The notes under the pieces are model-generated. The model was not told where the DNA came from. It saw only the letters and a program-made list of their open reading frames with translations, and did no database searches. A program made the translations under genes and the position numbers. Positions 11,732 to 22,931 of a DNA stretch of 64,000 nt are shown piece after piece. The DNA comes from Betaproteobacteria bacterium (GTDB lineage Bacteria > Pseudomonadota > Gammaproteobacteria > Burkholderiales > SG8-41), in assembly GCA_025363435.1 (NCBI GenBank), contig JANYDY010000016.1:17318-81317 (forward strand), written 5' to 3'. How positions within the stretch are numbered: position 1 is the first letter of the stretch; each line of letters begins with the position of its first letter.

Positions 11732-14700
11732 TCAGCCGGTCTGCCGTTCAGCATCCCCCGGCGGCACCGGTGCCGCATAACCGATGATCATCAGCAGCAC
11801 GCCAACGCCGAGAAACGAAACGATGCGCTCGACCGTTCCCGAATTCGCCAGATCGAGCAAAAACAGTTTGCCGACCACCACCGCCAGCAAAGCTGCGCCG
11901 GCCAGCCACAACGGACGCTGCAACTTGCGTGTCGCAAACACCATCGCAACCAGCGCCGTCAACGTCCAGACGAGCGACAGCGCAGATTGCACGACGATCG
12001 ATGTGAACATGTTGTCGATTTCATACGGCACGCCGAGCCAGTGATGAATGCTGCGCAACAAAATGCAGTTGAGCCAGAGAAATTCCAACACCGCAAACAC
12101 AATGGCCTGAAAATTTTTCTGTGCCGGATCCGGTGCTGCCGCGACACGCAACCACGCATACAGCGCAAACATCACCGCAATCTGCGCCAGATCAACCGGA
12201 TTGATCAATGGCAAATAAGGCCACGGTGTGCTGATGGAGGGATTCCAGCTTGACGCCAGCGACCACAGAACAACGAACGCCGCGATCGCGCCGAGGCAGT
12301 TATTGCGGAATGCCGCGAAATCATCATGCCACGGTTTAAACACCGCAGCAAAACGCGTCAGCAGCATCAGGGCAATCGCAGGTAGCGCACCCCACATCGC
12401 AAATGCCCAGCTCGATCCTTGAAATGCAAACGAGCACTGCCAGGCCAGTTCCCAGGCGATCAGGCCCGTCGCCAGCCAGACGCCCAGCATGTATTGCGTA
12501 GCCGCCGCAATACTGACGCCTTCGCGCTGCTGTCGCCGCACGATGTAAAACAGTGCGGCGATGCCGCCGCCCCATGCCGCCCACGCCTCATCCGCAGCGG
12601 GATGCAGATAGCGTTCGATTTGTAATATCAAGGCGAGCGCCATCGACGGCAGCAACAACAGCTGCGCGCGCCGCAGCGCCGCCCATGCGATCCAGCCGCC
12701 GAAAATTTCGAACAGCAGGCAAGAGGCGACGGCAAATCCAAGCCCGTAGGCAATATGCAGATCCGGATCGTAGCGCCGTTCGATATAGGCAAGCCCCGAC
12801 GCCAACCAGAAGCCGAGGCCCCACAACAGCGCCCAACTGCTGATTGATGCGGCGGCATTGTCGCGTTCGCGCAGGTGGTAACGCAATGCGCCGGCAACGA
12901 TTCCAAGCGCGCCCATCAACAGACTCCAGCCGTAATAATGGTGATCGAACAACCACAGCGCCTCCCACGTTGCCAGCAGCGCCAGCAACAGCCAGCCAAA
13001 GCGGTAACGTGCGCCGTACACGGATGCCAGGTCGTCGCGCGCCTGCCAGTGCATGCACCAGAAAAACACCGCAAAATTCAGCGGCCAGGCCACAGCACCC
13101 AGTCCGGCCAGCGGATGATGGCTGCCCATGCCCAGAGTGCCGAGCGCAATCGCCGGCAGATGCGCGAGCGTGAGCAGGCGCAAGCCGCGCCATACCAGCC
13201 AGCCGCCGACGGTTTCAGCCAGCGCAAAAGTAGCGCCGGCAAAAATCAGTGCGGCAGAATGAAATTCATTGTGCGGCAAGCCGTCGTGCAACGCGTGCAA
13301 GCCGCCGGCAAACCACCAGCCGCAGGCCCACACCAGTATCGCCGTCGCCGCATCATCGCCGCCTTCAATCAAAACCTCGCGATACTTGTGCATCAACCAC
13401 GCGGTGATTGCGCCGGCTGTGGAAATCAGCGCACAACCGAGTATGAAATCATTCAGCCACGGCTGGCTGCGGTCGTATTCGCTGTAATGCAGCAGAAACA
13501 ACCACGCACCGGCGAATTGAAGCAATAGACCGAACAACCTGGCAAGCAAGCGCTGCTGCCGCAAGCCGATCCAGACGATGGCAGCCCCTTCGAGCGTCCA
13601 CAACGCAAACGTCGGATAGGCGTCGAGCGCGAAAAATACCGCCATGGTTGCCAGCACCACCGCAAGCGCGATATACGCCTCGCCAAGCAAACGCATGGCG
13701 TCGCGCCGCATCACCATCGCCGCAAGCAGCGCATAAAGCGCCGCGCCGAGGCCGGCGCTCCACGCCAGGCCGTACGGCAACTCGCGCACCAGCCCCGCCT
13801 GCATGAAGGCAACCGACAACGGCGTGCCGAACACCAGCGTGCCATCGACCAGCCCCTTCAACTGCGGCGGCTGGCGCTGTGCGAACAGGATCGGAATCAC
13901 CAGATACATCGCAAAGAAAATCAGCACGAACGGCTCGACCGTCGCAAACAGTTCGGGCCGGTAATTCGCTTGCCCCCAGAACACGGCGACGATGAAAGTA
14001 AATACAAAACCGGTCAGATTGAGATCGCGCCACGCCTTGAACCAGCTGATCGCAAGAATGAAACCGTTGAGCAGCGTGTAATAGGAAAACAGCACGACAT
14101 GCTGACCCGAGCCGCTGCTGGCGAGTATCGGCGCGAGAAACGCGCCGGTGAGCCCGATTACTGCCAGCACCTTCGCGTCCTGACGCACCGCCAATAACGT
14201 TGCGGTGATGCCGAGCAGCATGAACAGCGCAAAACCGAAGGTCGGGTGGATCAGCGCAAAAACGCGCAACGCGAAAAACACGTCGAGATAGAGCACGCCG
14301 ATGCCGGCGCCCTGCAAAATCAACCCGTACAAACGGCGGTGCGCAGTAAGCCGCCAACCCGCCGCCAGCATGGCAAACCCGCCCAATGCAACACCGGCAA
14401 GACGCACCGGCACCGGCAGTACCGCGTGGTCGTACGCATATTTGAGCAAAAAGCCAACGCCGAAAAACAGTATCACCGCGCCGGCCTTGGCAACGAGGTT
14501 GCCCGCCAATAAACGCTGCCACAGCGCTGCAGCGGCTGGTGGCGCCTGCGGTTCCGTTACTGCTTCTGCAGTTTGTTCGACAACAGGTCGGGTGTCCGCT
14601 GAAATTTTTTGTGCAGCAGCAGGATAAAGGTCCGCGCTTTCGGCAATCGGCAGCGTGACGGCAGGATCACCATTAAATGCCGCCCCGGTATCAACCGCTT

Positions 14701-15082
14701 CGCGATTTACCGCAGGCACTTCCGCCTCACTGACGCGCGCGATGTCCTCACGCATCGCCGCAACCGGGACTGCTGTTTGCCCATTTGCAGCAGGCGCCGG
14801 TTCGACTGGCGGTCGTGCATCAGCCGCAGCATCCGTGCCGGGCTGTTCGAGATGCCGCAACCGCCAGTGAATGTCTTCAAGCGACTTGTAAATGTGATCG
14901 ACCTTGCGTTCAAGCGCGTCGATACGGCGCGCCTGCACGCGGTCGTCGCCTGATTGCGCAGGATGAGCCGCGCGATAGGCCACACCCGCGATGATGCCAA
15001 GAATTGCACCGGCGAATGCACCGGGGCCATGACCCATCATTCCGCCAACAACCAACCCCGCCAGCAAGCCAAGAAACCACAT
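11732..15082 (-). CDS. DUF2339-like large polytopic membrane protein
   Basis: Many TM segments; GVGFLLKYA, LAVRQDA and C-terminal KLFLLDL...RIVSFLGVG pattern; start at MWFLG (15082) after a GGAG RBS. Confidence 0.8.
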   Translation of the reverse strand: MWFLGLLAGLVVGGMMGHGPGAFAGAILGIIAGVAYRAAHPAQSGDDRVQARRIDALERKVDHIYKSLEDIHWRLRHLEQPGTDAAADARPPVEPAPAANGQTAVPVAAMREDIARVSEAEVPAVNREAVDTGAAFNGDPAVTLPIAESADLYPAAAQKISADTRPVVEQTAEAVTEPQAPPAAAALWQRLLAGNLVAKAGAVILFFGVGFLLKYAYDHAVLPVPVRLAGVALGGFAMLAAGWRLTAHRRLYGLILQGAGIGVLYLDVFFALRVFALIHPTFGFALFMLLGITATLLAVRQDAKVLAVIGLTGAFLAPILASSGSGQHVVLFSYYTLLNGFILAISWFKAWRDLNLTGFVFTFIVAVFWGQANYRPELFATVEPFVLIFFAMYLVIPILFAQRQPPQLKGLVDGTLVFGTPLSVAFMQAGLVRELPYGLAWSAGLGAALYALLAAMVMRRDAMRLLGEAYIALAVVLATMAVFFALDAYPTFALWTLEGAAIVWIGLRQQRLLARLFGLLLQFAGAWLFLLHYSEYDRSQPWLNDFILGCALISTAGAITAWLMHKYREVLIEGGDDAATAILVWACGWWFAGGLHALHDGLPHNEFHSAALIFAGATFALAETVGGWLVWRGLRLLTLAHLPAIALGTLGMGSHHPLAGLGAVAWPLNFAVFFWCMHWQARDDLASVYGARYRFGWLLLALLATWEALWLFDHHYYGWSLLMGALGIVAGALRYHLRERDNAAASISSWALLWGLGFWLASGLAYIERRYDPDLHIAYGLGFAVASCLLFEIFGGWIAWAALRRAQLLLLPSMALALILQIERYLHPAADEAWAAWGGGIAALFYIVRRQQREGVSIAAATQYMLGVWLATGLIAWELAWQCSFAFQGSSWAFAMWGALPAIALMLLTRFAAVFKPWHDDFAAFRNNCLGAIAAFVVLWSLASSWNPSISTPWPYLPLINPVDLAQIAVMFALYAWLRVAAAPDPAQKNFQAIVFAVLEFLWLNCILLRSIHHWLGVPYEIDNMFTSIVVQSALSLVWTLTALVAMVFATRKLQRPLWLAGAALLAVVVGKLFLLDLANSGTVERIVSFLGVGVLLMIIGYAAPVPPGDAERQTG

Positions 15083-15096
15083 ATGAATCTCCCCTT

Positions 15097-16980
15097 CTAA
15101 CGCCAATCGCCGCGCAATCCGAGCACGATCTGCTGCAGCGCCTCGGGCGTTGCCTGTTGCGGCGGCACCGCGTCGCCGGCGACCAGCGCAATTCTTCTGA
15201 GCGGCATCAAGCGCGACGGATTCGACATGGCGCGTCCTTCAATGCGGCTGAAAAAACTTCCCCACAGTCCGCGCAGCGCCAGCGGCACCACCGGCACCGG
15301 CGTGCGTTCGAGGATGCGCGTAATGCCGGCGCGAAACGGATACAACTCGCCGCTATCGGTGATACGCCCCTCCGGAAATATGCCGACCAGATCGCCGTCG
15401 CGCAATGCCGCGGCGATATCTTCATAAGCCTTCTCAAGCAAAACCGGATCTTCCTTTTTCGGCGCAATCGGTATCGTTTTGCCGGTGCGAAAAATAAAAC
15501 TCAGCACCGGCACGCGGAAGATCTTGTGATCCATTACAAAGCGGATCGGCCGCCGGCAGGCCGCCGCAATGATCAGCGCATCAACAAAGCTGATGTGATT
15601 GCAGACGATGACTGCGGGCCCGTCTTCGGGAATTTTTTCGAGACCGCTCTTTTCCAGTCGATAGATCGTATGAATCAGCAGCCAGATCAGGAAACGCATC
15701 AGGAATTCCGGCACCAGCGTATAGATATAAATTGCCACTGCGGCATTCAACAATGCAGTCGCGAGAAATATCTGTGGAATGCTGAAACCCGCCGCGAGCA
15801 GGGCCACCGCCATCGCGGCGGATGCCACCATGAACAATGCGTTCAGAATATTGTTGCCGGCGATAATGCGCGACTGGTGGCTACGCTCCGAGCGCGTCTG
15901 GATCAAGGCATACAGCGGCACGATGTAAAAGCCGCCGAACACGCCGATCATGACCAGATCGAACAGTATTCGTACGCTGCCGGCACGGGCGAGAAACTCT
16001 CCGGCGCCGATGAGCGTGCCGCCTGCCGCTGCCGGACTGGCGAAAAAGAGATCAAGCGCAAATACCGTCAGGCCGATCGAGCCGAAAGGCACCAGACCGA
16101 TCTCGACCTTGTGGCCGGACAGTCGCTCGCACAACAAAGAACCGGTGCCGACGCCGAGCGAAAACATGGTCAACAACAAGGTCGCCACGTGTTCGTTGCC
16201 GCCCAGTACGTCCTTGCAATAGTTCGGAAACTGCGCGAGCAGTGTGGCGCCGTAAAACCAGAACCACGAAATGCCAAGCACCGACAGAAATACCGTGCGG
16301 TTCTGTTTGGTGAATTTCAGATTGGCCCAGGTCTCTGTAACCGGATTCCAGTTGATGTTGATATCCGGCGCCGCAGCCGGTGTAGCGGGAATCGCGCGAC
16401 TCGCCAGATAACCCAGACAAGCAACCGCTATCACCGTAATCGAGACAAGTTCGGCAAATTGCACCTGCGCCACCAGCAGACCGCCGACGATAGTACCGAT
16501 CAGAATCGCCAGAAAAGTACCCATCTCGACCATACCGTTGCCGCCGACGATTTCGTCCGCCTGCAAATGCTGCGGCAGTATCGAATATTTGACCGGCCCG
16601 AAGATAGTCGAATGCAAACCCATCAGAAACAGCGCCGACAGCAGCAAAACAAGATTGCCCTGAAAAAAACCGACCGCACCGATCATCATGATGCAGATTT
16701 CAAACAATTTCACATAGCGGATAATGGTGACTTTTTCGTACTTGTCGGCAAGCTGGCCGGCAGTCGCCGAGAAAAGGAAAAACGGCAGGATAAAGAGTCC
16801 CGCGCACAAATTGACCAGTGTGCCGGAACTGAGCGTCGTCATCGCAGCGGCGTGGAACGCCAGCAGAATAACCAGCGCGTTCTTGTAAACATTGTCGTTG
16901 AATGCGCCGAGAAATTGCGTGCAGAAAAACGGCAGGAAGCGCCGCTCGCGCAGCAGACAGAACTGACTTTGTCCCGACAT
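15097..16980 (-). CDS. MFS (LplT-like) fused to a PlsC-type acyltransferase
   Basis: TQFLGAFNDN and FGPVKYSILP MFS motifs; C-terminal NHISFVD (HX4D) and FPEG. Confidence 0.9.
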   Translation of the reverse strand: MSGQSQFCLLRERRFLPFFCTQFLGAFNDNVYKNALVILLAFHAAAMTTLSSGTLVNLCAGLFILPFFLFSATAGQLADKYEKVTIIRYVKLFEICIMMIGAVGFFQGNLVLLLSALFLMGLHSTIFGPVKYSILPQHLQADEIVGGNGMVEMGTFLAILIGTIVGGLLVAQVQFAELVSITVIAVACLGYLASRAIPATPAAAPDININWNPVTETWANLKFTKQNRTVFLSVLGISWFWFYGATLLAQFPNYCKDVLGGNEHVATLLLTMFSLGVGTGSLLCERLSGHKVEIGLVPFGSIGLTVFALDLFFASPAAAGGTLIGAGEFLARAGSVRILFDLVMIGVFGGFYIVPLYALIQTRSERSHQSRIIAGNNILNALFMVASAAMAVALLAAGFSIPQIFLATALLNAAVAIYIYTLVPEFLMRFLIWLLIHTIYRLEKSGLEKIPEDGPAVIVCNHISFVDALIIAAACRRPIRFVMDHKIFRVPVLSFIFRTGKTIPIAPKKEDPVLLEKAYEDIAAALRDGDLVGIFPEGRITDSGELYPFRAGITRILERTPVPVVPLALRGLWGSFFSRIEGRAMSNPSRLMPLRRIALVAGDAVPPQQATPEALQQIVLGLRGDWR

Positions 16981-17038
16981 TCAGCTCACCTCATGTTCCT
17001 GCAGCAATCGCCGGCCGCAGCCGGAGACGTTCAACTAA

Positions 17039-18481
17039 CTAGCGATGCGATTCGAGCAAGGCAATACCCCAACCAACACCGAAGCCGGTCAAATCCGAAG
17101 CCACCGCGCCGAGCCCGCCCTTGCAACTACTGGCCGAGAGATCGACGTGCAGCCACGGCGTGTCGGCGGTGAAACGCTTGAGAAAACGCGCTGCCAGAAT
17201 ATGGTCGGCATCGCCGTCGAGCGTGCATTGTTTGACGTCGGCAATTTTGCTGTCGAGCGCATCGTCGTAGTCGTCGTCGAGCGGAAACATGCAGATGCGC
17301 TCGCCGGCAACACGCCCCGCCGCAACAGCCGCAGCCGCGAGTTTGTCTGAAGTGGCAAACGCGCCGGTGTAGCGGTTGCCGAGGGCCACGTGCATGCTGC
17401 CGGTGAGTGTGGCGAAATCGACTATCAGATCGGGCTTTTTGCGCGCCGCCAGCGTCAGCGTGTCGGCCAGCACCATGCGTCCTTCCGCGTCCGTGTGCGC
17501 AATCTCGATGGTGGTGCCGTTCAGCGCGCGCACCACTTCGTTTTGGTGATAGGCGCGCGGACTGATGTCGTTGCGCGAGATTGCCATCCAGCAATCGATA
17601 CTGACGGCGAGCTTCAAACGCGTGGCCGCGAGCAGTATGCCGAGCGCCACCGCCGAACCGTTCATGTCTTCATGCATGCCATACATATAACGTGCCGGTT
17701 TCAGGTTGTGCCCGCCGGTGTCGTAACAGATGCCTTTGCCGACCAGGGCAATCGTGCGTTTGGCTTTTGCATGGCTGTAGCGCAAATGCACGATGGCGGC
17801 ATCCATCGCAGTGCTGCCCTGTGCAACCGCGCAGAATGCGCCGGCGCCCATTTTGCGCAATTTGGCGAAATCGAATTCCGCATGCTTCCATTTGTTTTCG
17901 CGCGCCAGTTCGCGCACGCGCCGGCGATATGCGCCCGGCGTCAATTCATTCGGCGGCAATGCGGTCAATTCGCGGCACAGCACATTGCCCTCGGCCTGCG
18001 CGCGCCACGCGGCGAATGCGCCAGCGTCGCGCGCGCCGTACAAATGGATTGCGCGCAACGGCTTGCGCATGCCCTTGCTTTTGCGTTCCGGTAATGCAAC
18101 GCCGTTGACTGAGGCGCAATAGACCGCCAGCCCGGCCGCGTGCGTTGCGCCGGGCGCGGCAACGATGGCGATTTCAAGCGGATTTTCGGCAAACAGCAAA
18201 TCAAGCGCGGCACGCATCGCCGCTAGCGCCTGGAACGGCGTGTGTTTCGCATCGGGCATGGTCCACGCCACCAGCGTGCCATCGGCAAGATTGGCGCACA
18301 GCGGCTTCTTCGCCAATTCCTTCGGTTTCAGATTGCGCCGCTTGAGCAAGGCATGCAGCACCGCTTGCGGCTCACCTGTACCGGAAAGCTTATCCGAGGC
18401 CGGAAGAATTACCAGAGTGTGACGATGTTGGCGAAACGCGGCAGTTGCCGAACCCGCATGTATCTGCAATCTGGCAAGCAT
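17039..18481 (-). CDS. M17-family leucyl aminopeptidase
   Basis: [30 protein letters not shown] motifs; start placed at MLARL. Confidence 0.9.
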   Translation of the reverse strand: MLARLQIHAGSATAAFRQHRHTLVILPASDKLSGTGEPQAVLHALLKRRNLKPKELAKKPLCANLADGTLVAWTMPDAKHTPFQALAAMRAALDLLFAENPLEIAIVAAPGATHAAGLAVYCASVNGVALPERKSKGMRKPLRAIHLYGARDAGAFAAWRAQAEGNVLCRELTALPPNELTPGAYRRRVRELARENKWKHAEFDFAKLRKMGAGAFCAVAQGSTAMDAAIVHLRYSHAKAKRTIALVGKGICYDTGGHNLKPARYMYGMHEDMNGSAVALGILLAATRLKLAVSIDCWMAISRNDISPRAYHQNEVVRALNGTTIEIAHTDAEGRMVLADTLTLAARKKPDLIVDFATLTGSMHVALGNRYTGAFATSDKLAAAAVAAGRVAGERICMFPLDDDYDDALDSKIADVKQCTLDGDADHILAARFLKRFTADTPWLHVDLSASSCKGGLGAVASDLTGFGVGWGIALLESHR

Positions 18482-18490
18482 GAATGTCCT

Positions 18491-18519
18491 TTGTGTACCG
18501 CGACCGGGCAAATTATAAT
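18491..18519 (+). promoter_or_regulatory. Putative sigma70 promoter of thyA-folA
   Basis: TTGTGT-N17-TATAAT, 46 nt before the thyA ATG. Confidence 0.55.
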
Positions 18520-18565
18520 CGCTAATCGTCTCTCACCATTACTCCGGGCTCTCAATTCCGCAGCT

Positions 18566-19360
18566 ATGCGCGCCTACCTCGATTTGATGAAACACGTGCT
18601 CGAACACGGCGCCCGCAAGAGCGACCGCACCGGCACTGGCACGCTCAGCGTGTTCGGCGCGCAGCTGCGTTTTGACCTCGCCGCCGGCTTTCCGCTGCTG
18701 ACGACCAAAAAGGTGCATCTGAAGTCGATCATTCACGAACTGCTGTGGTTCCTCAAAGGCGACACCAATACGCGTTACCTGAAAGAAAACGGCGTCACCA
18801 TCTGGGACGAATGGGCCGATGCGAACGGCGACCTCGGCCCCGTCTACGGTTATCAGTGGCGTTCGTGGCCACGCCCCGACGGCGGCCATATCGACCAGAT
18901 CAGCCAGGTGCTAGAACAGATCCGCAAAACGCCGGATTCGCGTCGCATGATCGTCTCGGCGTGGAACGTCGGCGATCTCGACCGCATGAAGCTGATGCCC
19001 TGCCATGCCTTCTTCCAGTTCTACGTCGCTGACGGCAAACTGTCCTGCCAGTTGTATCAACGCAGCGCCGACTTTTTTCTCGGCGTGCCGTTCAACATCG
19101 CGTCGTACGCGCTGCTCACCATGATGATTGCGCAGGTCTGCGGCCTCAAGCCCGGCGACTTCGTGCACACTTTCGGCGACACCCATTTGTATCTGAATCA
19201 CCTCGAACAGACGCGTGAGCAATTATCGCGCGCGCCGCGCGCGCTGCCGGCAATGCGTCTGAATCCATCGGTGAAAAATCTGTTCGACTTCAAATACGAA
19301 GACTTCACACTCGAAGGCTACGACCCGCATCCCGCGATCAAAGCAGCGGTCGCGGTCTGA
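18566..19360 (+). CDS. thyA: Thymidylate synthase
   Basis: DRTGTGT, ELLWFL, GPVYG, PCH, YQRSAD, PFNIASY; 264 aa from ATG 18566. Confidence 0.98.
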   Translation: MRAYLDLMKHVLEHGARKSDRTGTGTLSVFGAQLRFDLAAGFPLLTTKKVHLKSIIHELLWFLKGDTNTRYLKENGVTIWDEWADANGDLGPVYGYQWRSWPRPDGGHIDQISQVLEQIRKTPDSRRMIVSAWNVGDLDRMKLMPCHAFFQFYVADGKLSCQLYQRSADFFLGVPFNIASYALLTMMIAQVCGLKPGDFVHTFGDTHLYLNHLEQTREQLSRAPRALPAMRLNPSVKNLFDFKYEDFTLEGYDPHPAIKAAVAV

Positions 19361-19377
19361 TTTCGCCGACGCCCGCA

Positions 19378-19896
19378 ATGGCTGACAGCAATTCACGCAT
19401 TTCGATCATTGTCGCCATGGCGCGCAACCGCGTGATCGGCGCCGCCAACAAGATACCGTGGCATCTGCCGGCCGAACTCAAGCTGTTCAAAACCATTACG
19501 ATGGGCCATCACATCTTGATGGGACGCAACACCTGGGAATCGATCGGTCGCCTGCTGCCGGGGCGCACCAGCGTGATCGTCACGCGCCAGCCTGATTACC
19601 GCGTTGAAGGCGCAATCATGGCGACTTCGATTCAAGCAGCACTCGCCGCGTGCAAAGGTGACGACGAAATTTTTATCATCGGCGGTGCCCAGCTTTATGC
19701 GGCGGCAATGCCGTACGCAAACCGGCTTTATCTGACGGTAGTCGATGCCGACGTCGCCGGCGACGCACACATGCCTGAATTCAATCTCGATACATGGCGC
19801 AAATGTTCGGCGCAGTCTTTCACCGTCGACGACAAAAACCCGTATCATTATGTGCAGACGGTTTACGAAAAGGCATCCCGCCATTCCGATGCGTAA
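19378..19896 (+). CDS. folA: Dihydrofolate reductase
   Basis: VIG..NKIPWHLP, MGRNTWESI..LPGR, IIGGAQLY; follows thyA. Confidence 0.95.
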   Translation: MADSNSRISIIVAMARNRVIGAANKIPWHLPAELKLFKTITMGHHILMGRNTWESIGRLLPGRTSVIVTRQPDYRVEGAIMATSIQAALAACKGDDEIFIIGGAQLYAAAMPYANRLYLTVVDADVAGDAHMPEFNLDTWRKCSAQSFTVDDKNPYHYVQTVYEKASRHSDA

Positions 19897-20557
19897 TCTG
19901 CGCGCCATAATCGTTGCGATCGCTTGCGCCGCAGGCCTCACCGGCACCGCGTCGGCGCAGGTCAATATTCCTCTCAACGATTTGAAAATCCGCGCCGAGG
20001 CCGGCGACAGGACAGCGACGCGTCAGCTGGCTGAAGCCTATTATCTCGGCAAGGGCGTCGAGCAGGATTTCAAACTCGCCTCGCAATGGTACGAGAAGCT
20101 GGCCAAACAGGGCGATGTGCGCGCGCAAACCAGCCTCGGCCTGATGTTCGCGCGCGGTTACGGCGTGGAAAAAAATATCGATCTGGCTCTTAAGTGGTGG
20201 AAACTCGCCGCAATCCAGAACGACCCCGGCGCGCAATTCAATCTCGGCACGCTGTATTTCGAAGGCAAAAATATCGAACGCAATTACAGCGAGGCGGCGC
20301 GCTGGTACCTGCAAGCGGCGATGCGCGGCCACCTGCCGGCGCAATTCAATCTGGGCATGATGTACTGGGACGGCAAAGGCGTCGAAAAAGATCCGCGCCG
20401 CGCCTATTACTGGCTCTCGGTCGCCGCCGAACAGGGCGACGACGAAGCGCCGGGCCAGTTAAAACGCATCGCAGCTGACATGAGTCCGGAAGACGTCAAG
20501 GAAGCCGACAGCAAGGCAAAAGAATGGATGAAAACGGCGAAGAAAATGTGGCGTTAG
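19889..20557 (+). CDS. Secreted Sel1-repeat protein
   Basis: Signal peptide MRNLRAIIVAIACAAGLTGTASA; 4-5 AQxxLGxxYxxGxGVxxD repeats; overlaps folA stop by 8 nt. Confidence 0.9.
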   Translation: MRNLRAIIVAIACAAGLTGTASAQVNIPLNDLKIRAEAGDRTATRQLAEAYYLGKGVEQDFKLASQWYEKLAKQGDVRAQTSLGLMFARGYGVEKNIDLALKWWKLAAIQNDPGAQFNLGTLYFEGKNIERNYSEAARWYLQAAMRGHLPAQFNLGMMYWDGKGVEKDPRRAYYWLSVAAEQGDDEAPGQLKRIAADMSPEDVKEADSKAKEWMKTAKKMWR

Positions 20558-20573
20558 ATTTGCAACCTGACGT

Positions 20574-21917
20574 TCAGTCCTTGCATTCCGAAACAAAATC
20601 CTCGAATTTGTAATTTCCGCTGCGCCCAATTTCTCCGACGCGCTCCACCGTCATTCTGAACGGATGACCCAGGCAGCCCTGCAGGACTTCGATCAACTGC
20701 GACGCTTCATCCGCCGACAAATCGCGCGGCGCGACGATGCGCACGTGCATCTCCAGCAGCGTTTTCTGCACGATCTGCAACTGCCGGATGACCGGCACCG
20801 CGCTCGACCACTTATCGATCGGAAAACTCGGCCAGTGACGCCGGCCGTCGGGCAGCCTGAGAATATTGCGCTCGCGGCCGATAACACGCCGTATCGCCGG
20901 CAGACCACGTCCGCACGGACAGGCCGCTCCGGCCTCCGCATAGTCACCCAAGTCGTAACGAAAAAGCGGCATCGCGAAATTGTGCAGTGTCGTTACGACA
21001 ACGCGGCCGATCTGCCCTGCCTCGCACGGCCTGCCGTCTTCACCAAGAATTTCGGTGATCAGATTTTCGGCTTGCAGGTGATAGTTATCGCTGTCGGGGC
21101 ACTGCAAGGCGATGTATCCGACCTCTTCCGCAGTATATAAATCTGCAATATCGACATTCCAGGCGTCGCGCACCGACTGGCGCGCGCGCTCATCGACAGG
21201 CCCGCCAAAACTGCGCGTCTGCAGCAAACCCGGCAAACGCAAGCCGCGTTCCAGCGCGCGTTCCGCCAGCCAGCGCAGATTGGTCGCATTGCTGATCAGG
21301 TATTGCGGCGCCTGCCGTTCGAGCCAGTCAAGCTGGTCGTCGATATCGGTGCGCAAATTGAGCAGCGCACAGGGCCCTGTTTGCAACACACTGTCGGTTG
21401 CCGGCCCCCAGCCCGGCGTCTCGCCGTTCTCGACCTTGAGACGGATCGCCGCGAGCTTCCCGGAGAAATCGCGCCGGTGCCAGAAATGTTCGCGCAGGGT
21501 AAACGCGCGCCAGAAAAAATCCGTCAGCCCCGTTCCATAATAAGTCACCGGTATGCCGGTCGAACCGGAGGTGCCGCCACGAGTCACCGTGCCGTGTTCC
21601 GGAGGAACCGCCGGACTCAGCAATTCACTGCGGGACGTCAGCATATCCTCGCGACGCAGCAACGGCAACAATCTGAAAGCGTCAAAATCCGGCGTAGTCG
21701 CTGGATCAAAACCCGCCGCATCGAAACGCCGGCGCCAGAACGGTATGGTTTCACGCGCATGCGCAAGCACCGTATGCAACTGCCGCAATTGCCATTGCGC
21801 AAGCTGCGCAACACTCCACCACTGCGACATTTCCAGTTGAAACTGCAGCGCCAGCGCTGCGGCGGCGACATTGCCAGGCAGCGCCGGCCAAACCATGGCG
21901 GCATCGGCTGATCGCAT
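20574..21917 (-). CDS. PaaK/CapK-like adenylate-forming ligase (copy 1)
   Basis: TSGSTG P-loop, YTAEEVG, NFAMPLFRYDLGD, GRGLP, KFEDF; start uncertain (21917 or 21896). Confidence 0.85.
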   Translation of the reverse strand: MRSADAAMVWPALPGNVAAAALALQFQLEMSQWWSVAQLAQWQLRQLHTVLAHARETIPFWRRRFDAAGFDPATTPDFDAFRLLPLLRREDMLTSRSELLSPAVPPEHGTVTRGGTSGSTGIPVTYYGTGLTDFFWRAFTLREHFWHRRDFSGKLAAIRLKVENGETPGWGPATDSVLQTGPCALLNLRTDIDDQLDWLERQAPQYLISNATNLRWLAERALERGLRLPGLLQTRSFGGPVDERARQSVRDAWNVDIADLYTAEEVGYIALQCPDSDNYHLQAENLITEILGEDGRPCEAGQIGRVVVTTLHNFAMPLFRYDLGDYAEAGAACPCGRGLPAIRRVIGRERNILRLPDGRRHWPSFPIDKWSSAVPVIRQLQIVQKTLLEMHVRIVAPRDLSADEASQLIEVLQGCLGHPFRMTVERVGEIGRSGNYKFEDFVSECKD

Positions 21918-21965
21918 TCGATTAAATATATCCGTCACGATGCCGGCAACCGTGTTTGTCCTGTC

Positions 21966-22925
21966 ATGGTCAGCAGTCAATACTACATTCTCGACCGGGT
22001 AGCCGTTCAAGGCTATCATAACGATCCGCGTTTTCCACGGCCTTCCCGTTTGAAAAAAATCGACGAACTGCTGAATATCAGCGCCCCGCTGGCATGGCAA
22101 TTCGCACAACAGCTCTGTCGCAGGGATACGGCGACGGAGTCCGGCTGCGCGTGGACCCATGGCATCTGGCAGTACCTGAGATTGATGGGATTGGTCGGTT
22201 CAATTGAATATCGCGCCGATTTTTACCGGCAGGCCCTGACGGCAGTCTCGGGCTCCGGCGGCACGCCGCGGATACTGGTTTCCGGAACAGCCGATTGCGC
22301 CATGCTTGCCCACGTGCTCGCGGCATTCCGCGAACGCGGGATTGAACCGGACATCACCGTGGTCGATTTGTGTGGCACGCCGCTGGCGATGAATCACTGG
22401 TACGCGGGGCACGCCGGTTGCAAAATCGAGACAATACGCTGCGACATACTTGCCTATTCGACCGACACAGCCTTTGATGCCATCTGCACCGATGCATTTA
22501 TCGGCAGGTTCGCACCACCCAGCCGCCCCGCATTGATTGCAAAGTGGCACGAACTTCTGCGCCCCGGCGGCTTGTTAATTACCTACAACCGGCTGCGACC
22601 GCCAAGCGCGGGGGAGCGCGTCGGTTTTACGCCCGCGCAAGCACGGGTATTTCGCGAAACGGTGTTGAGCGCTGCACTGACTATGCGTGAGGTGATCGAT
22701 ATTGATCCGCAACAACTGGCGGAATGCGCTGAAATCTATGCACGCCGGCACGTGACCTATTCAGTGCACTCGGCGCAGGAAATTCAAACACTGTGTGAAA
22801 ACGCGGGTTTCAAGACGGAACAACTCGCGACAATAACTGCGAGCGCAACTGATGGACGCGGCGTCAGCGGACCATCGATGCACGAAGGCGCTGATTATTT
22901 GAGTATCGTCGCCAGGCGCACTTGA
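21966..22925 (+). CDS. Class I SAM-dependent methyltransferase-like protein
   Basis: RILVSGTAD, VVDLC, FDAICTD, LLRPGG motifs; start uncertain. Confidence 0.75.
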   Translation: MVSSQYYILDRVAVQGYHNDPRFPRPSRLKKIDELLNISAPLAWQFAQQLCRRDTATESGCAWTHGIWQYLRLMGLVGSIEYRADFYRQALTAVSGSGGTPRILVSGTADCAMLAHVLAAFRERGIEPDITVVDLCGTPLAMNHWYAGHAGCKIETIRCDILAYSTDTAFDAICTDAFIGRFAPPSRPALIAKWHELLRPGGLLITYNRLRPPSAGERVGFTPAQARVFRETVLSAALTMREVIDIDPQQLAECAEIYARRHVTYSVHSAQEIQTLCENAGFKTEQLATITASATDGRGVSGPSMHEGADYLSIVARRT

Positions 22926-22931
22926 CCGGTA

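Noticed and set aside
15004-17172. 722-aa plus-strand ORF
   Set aside because: Antisense shadow of the MFS-acyltransferase gene; no motifs, typical of high-GC codon bias.
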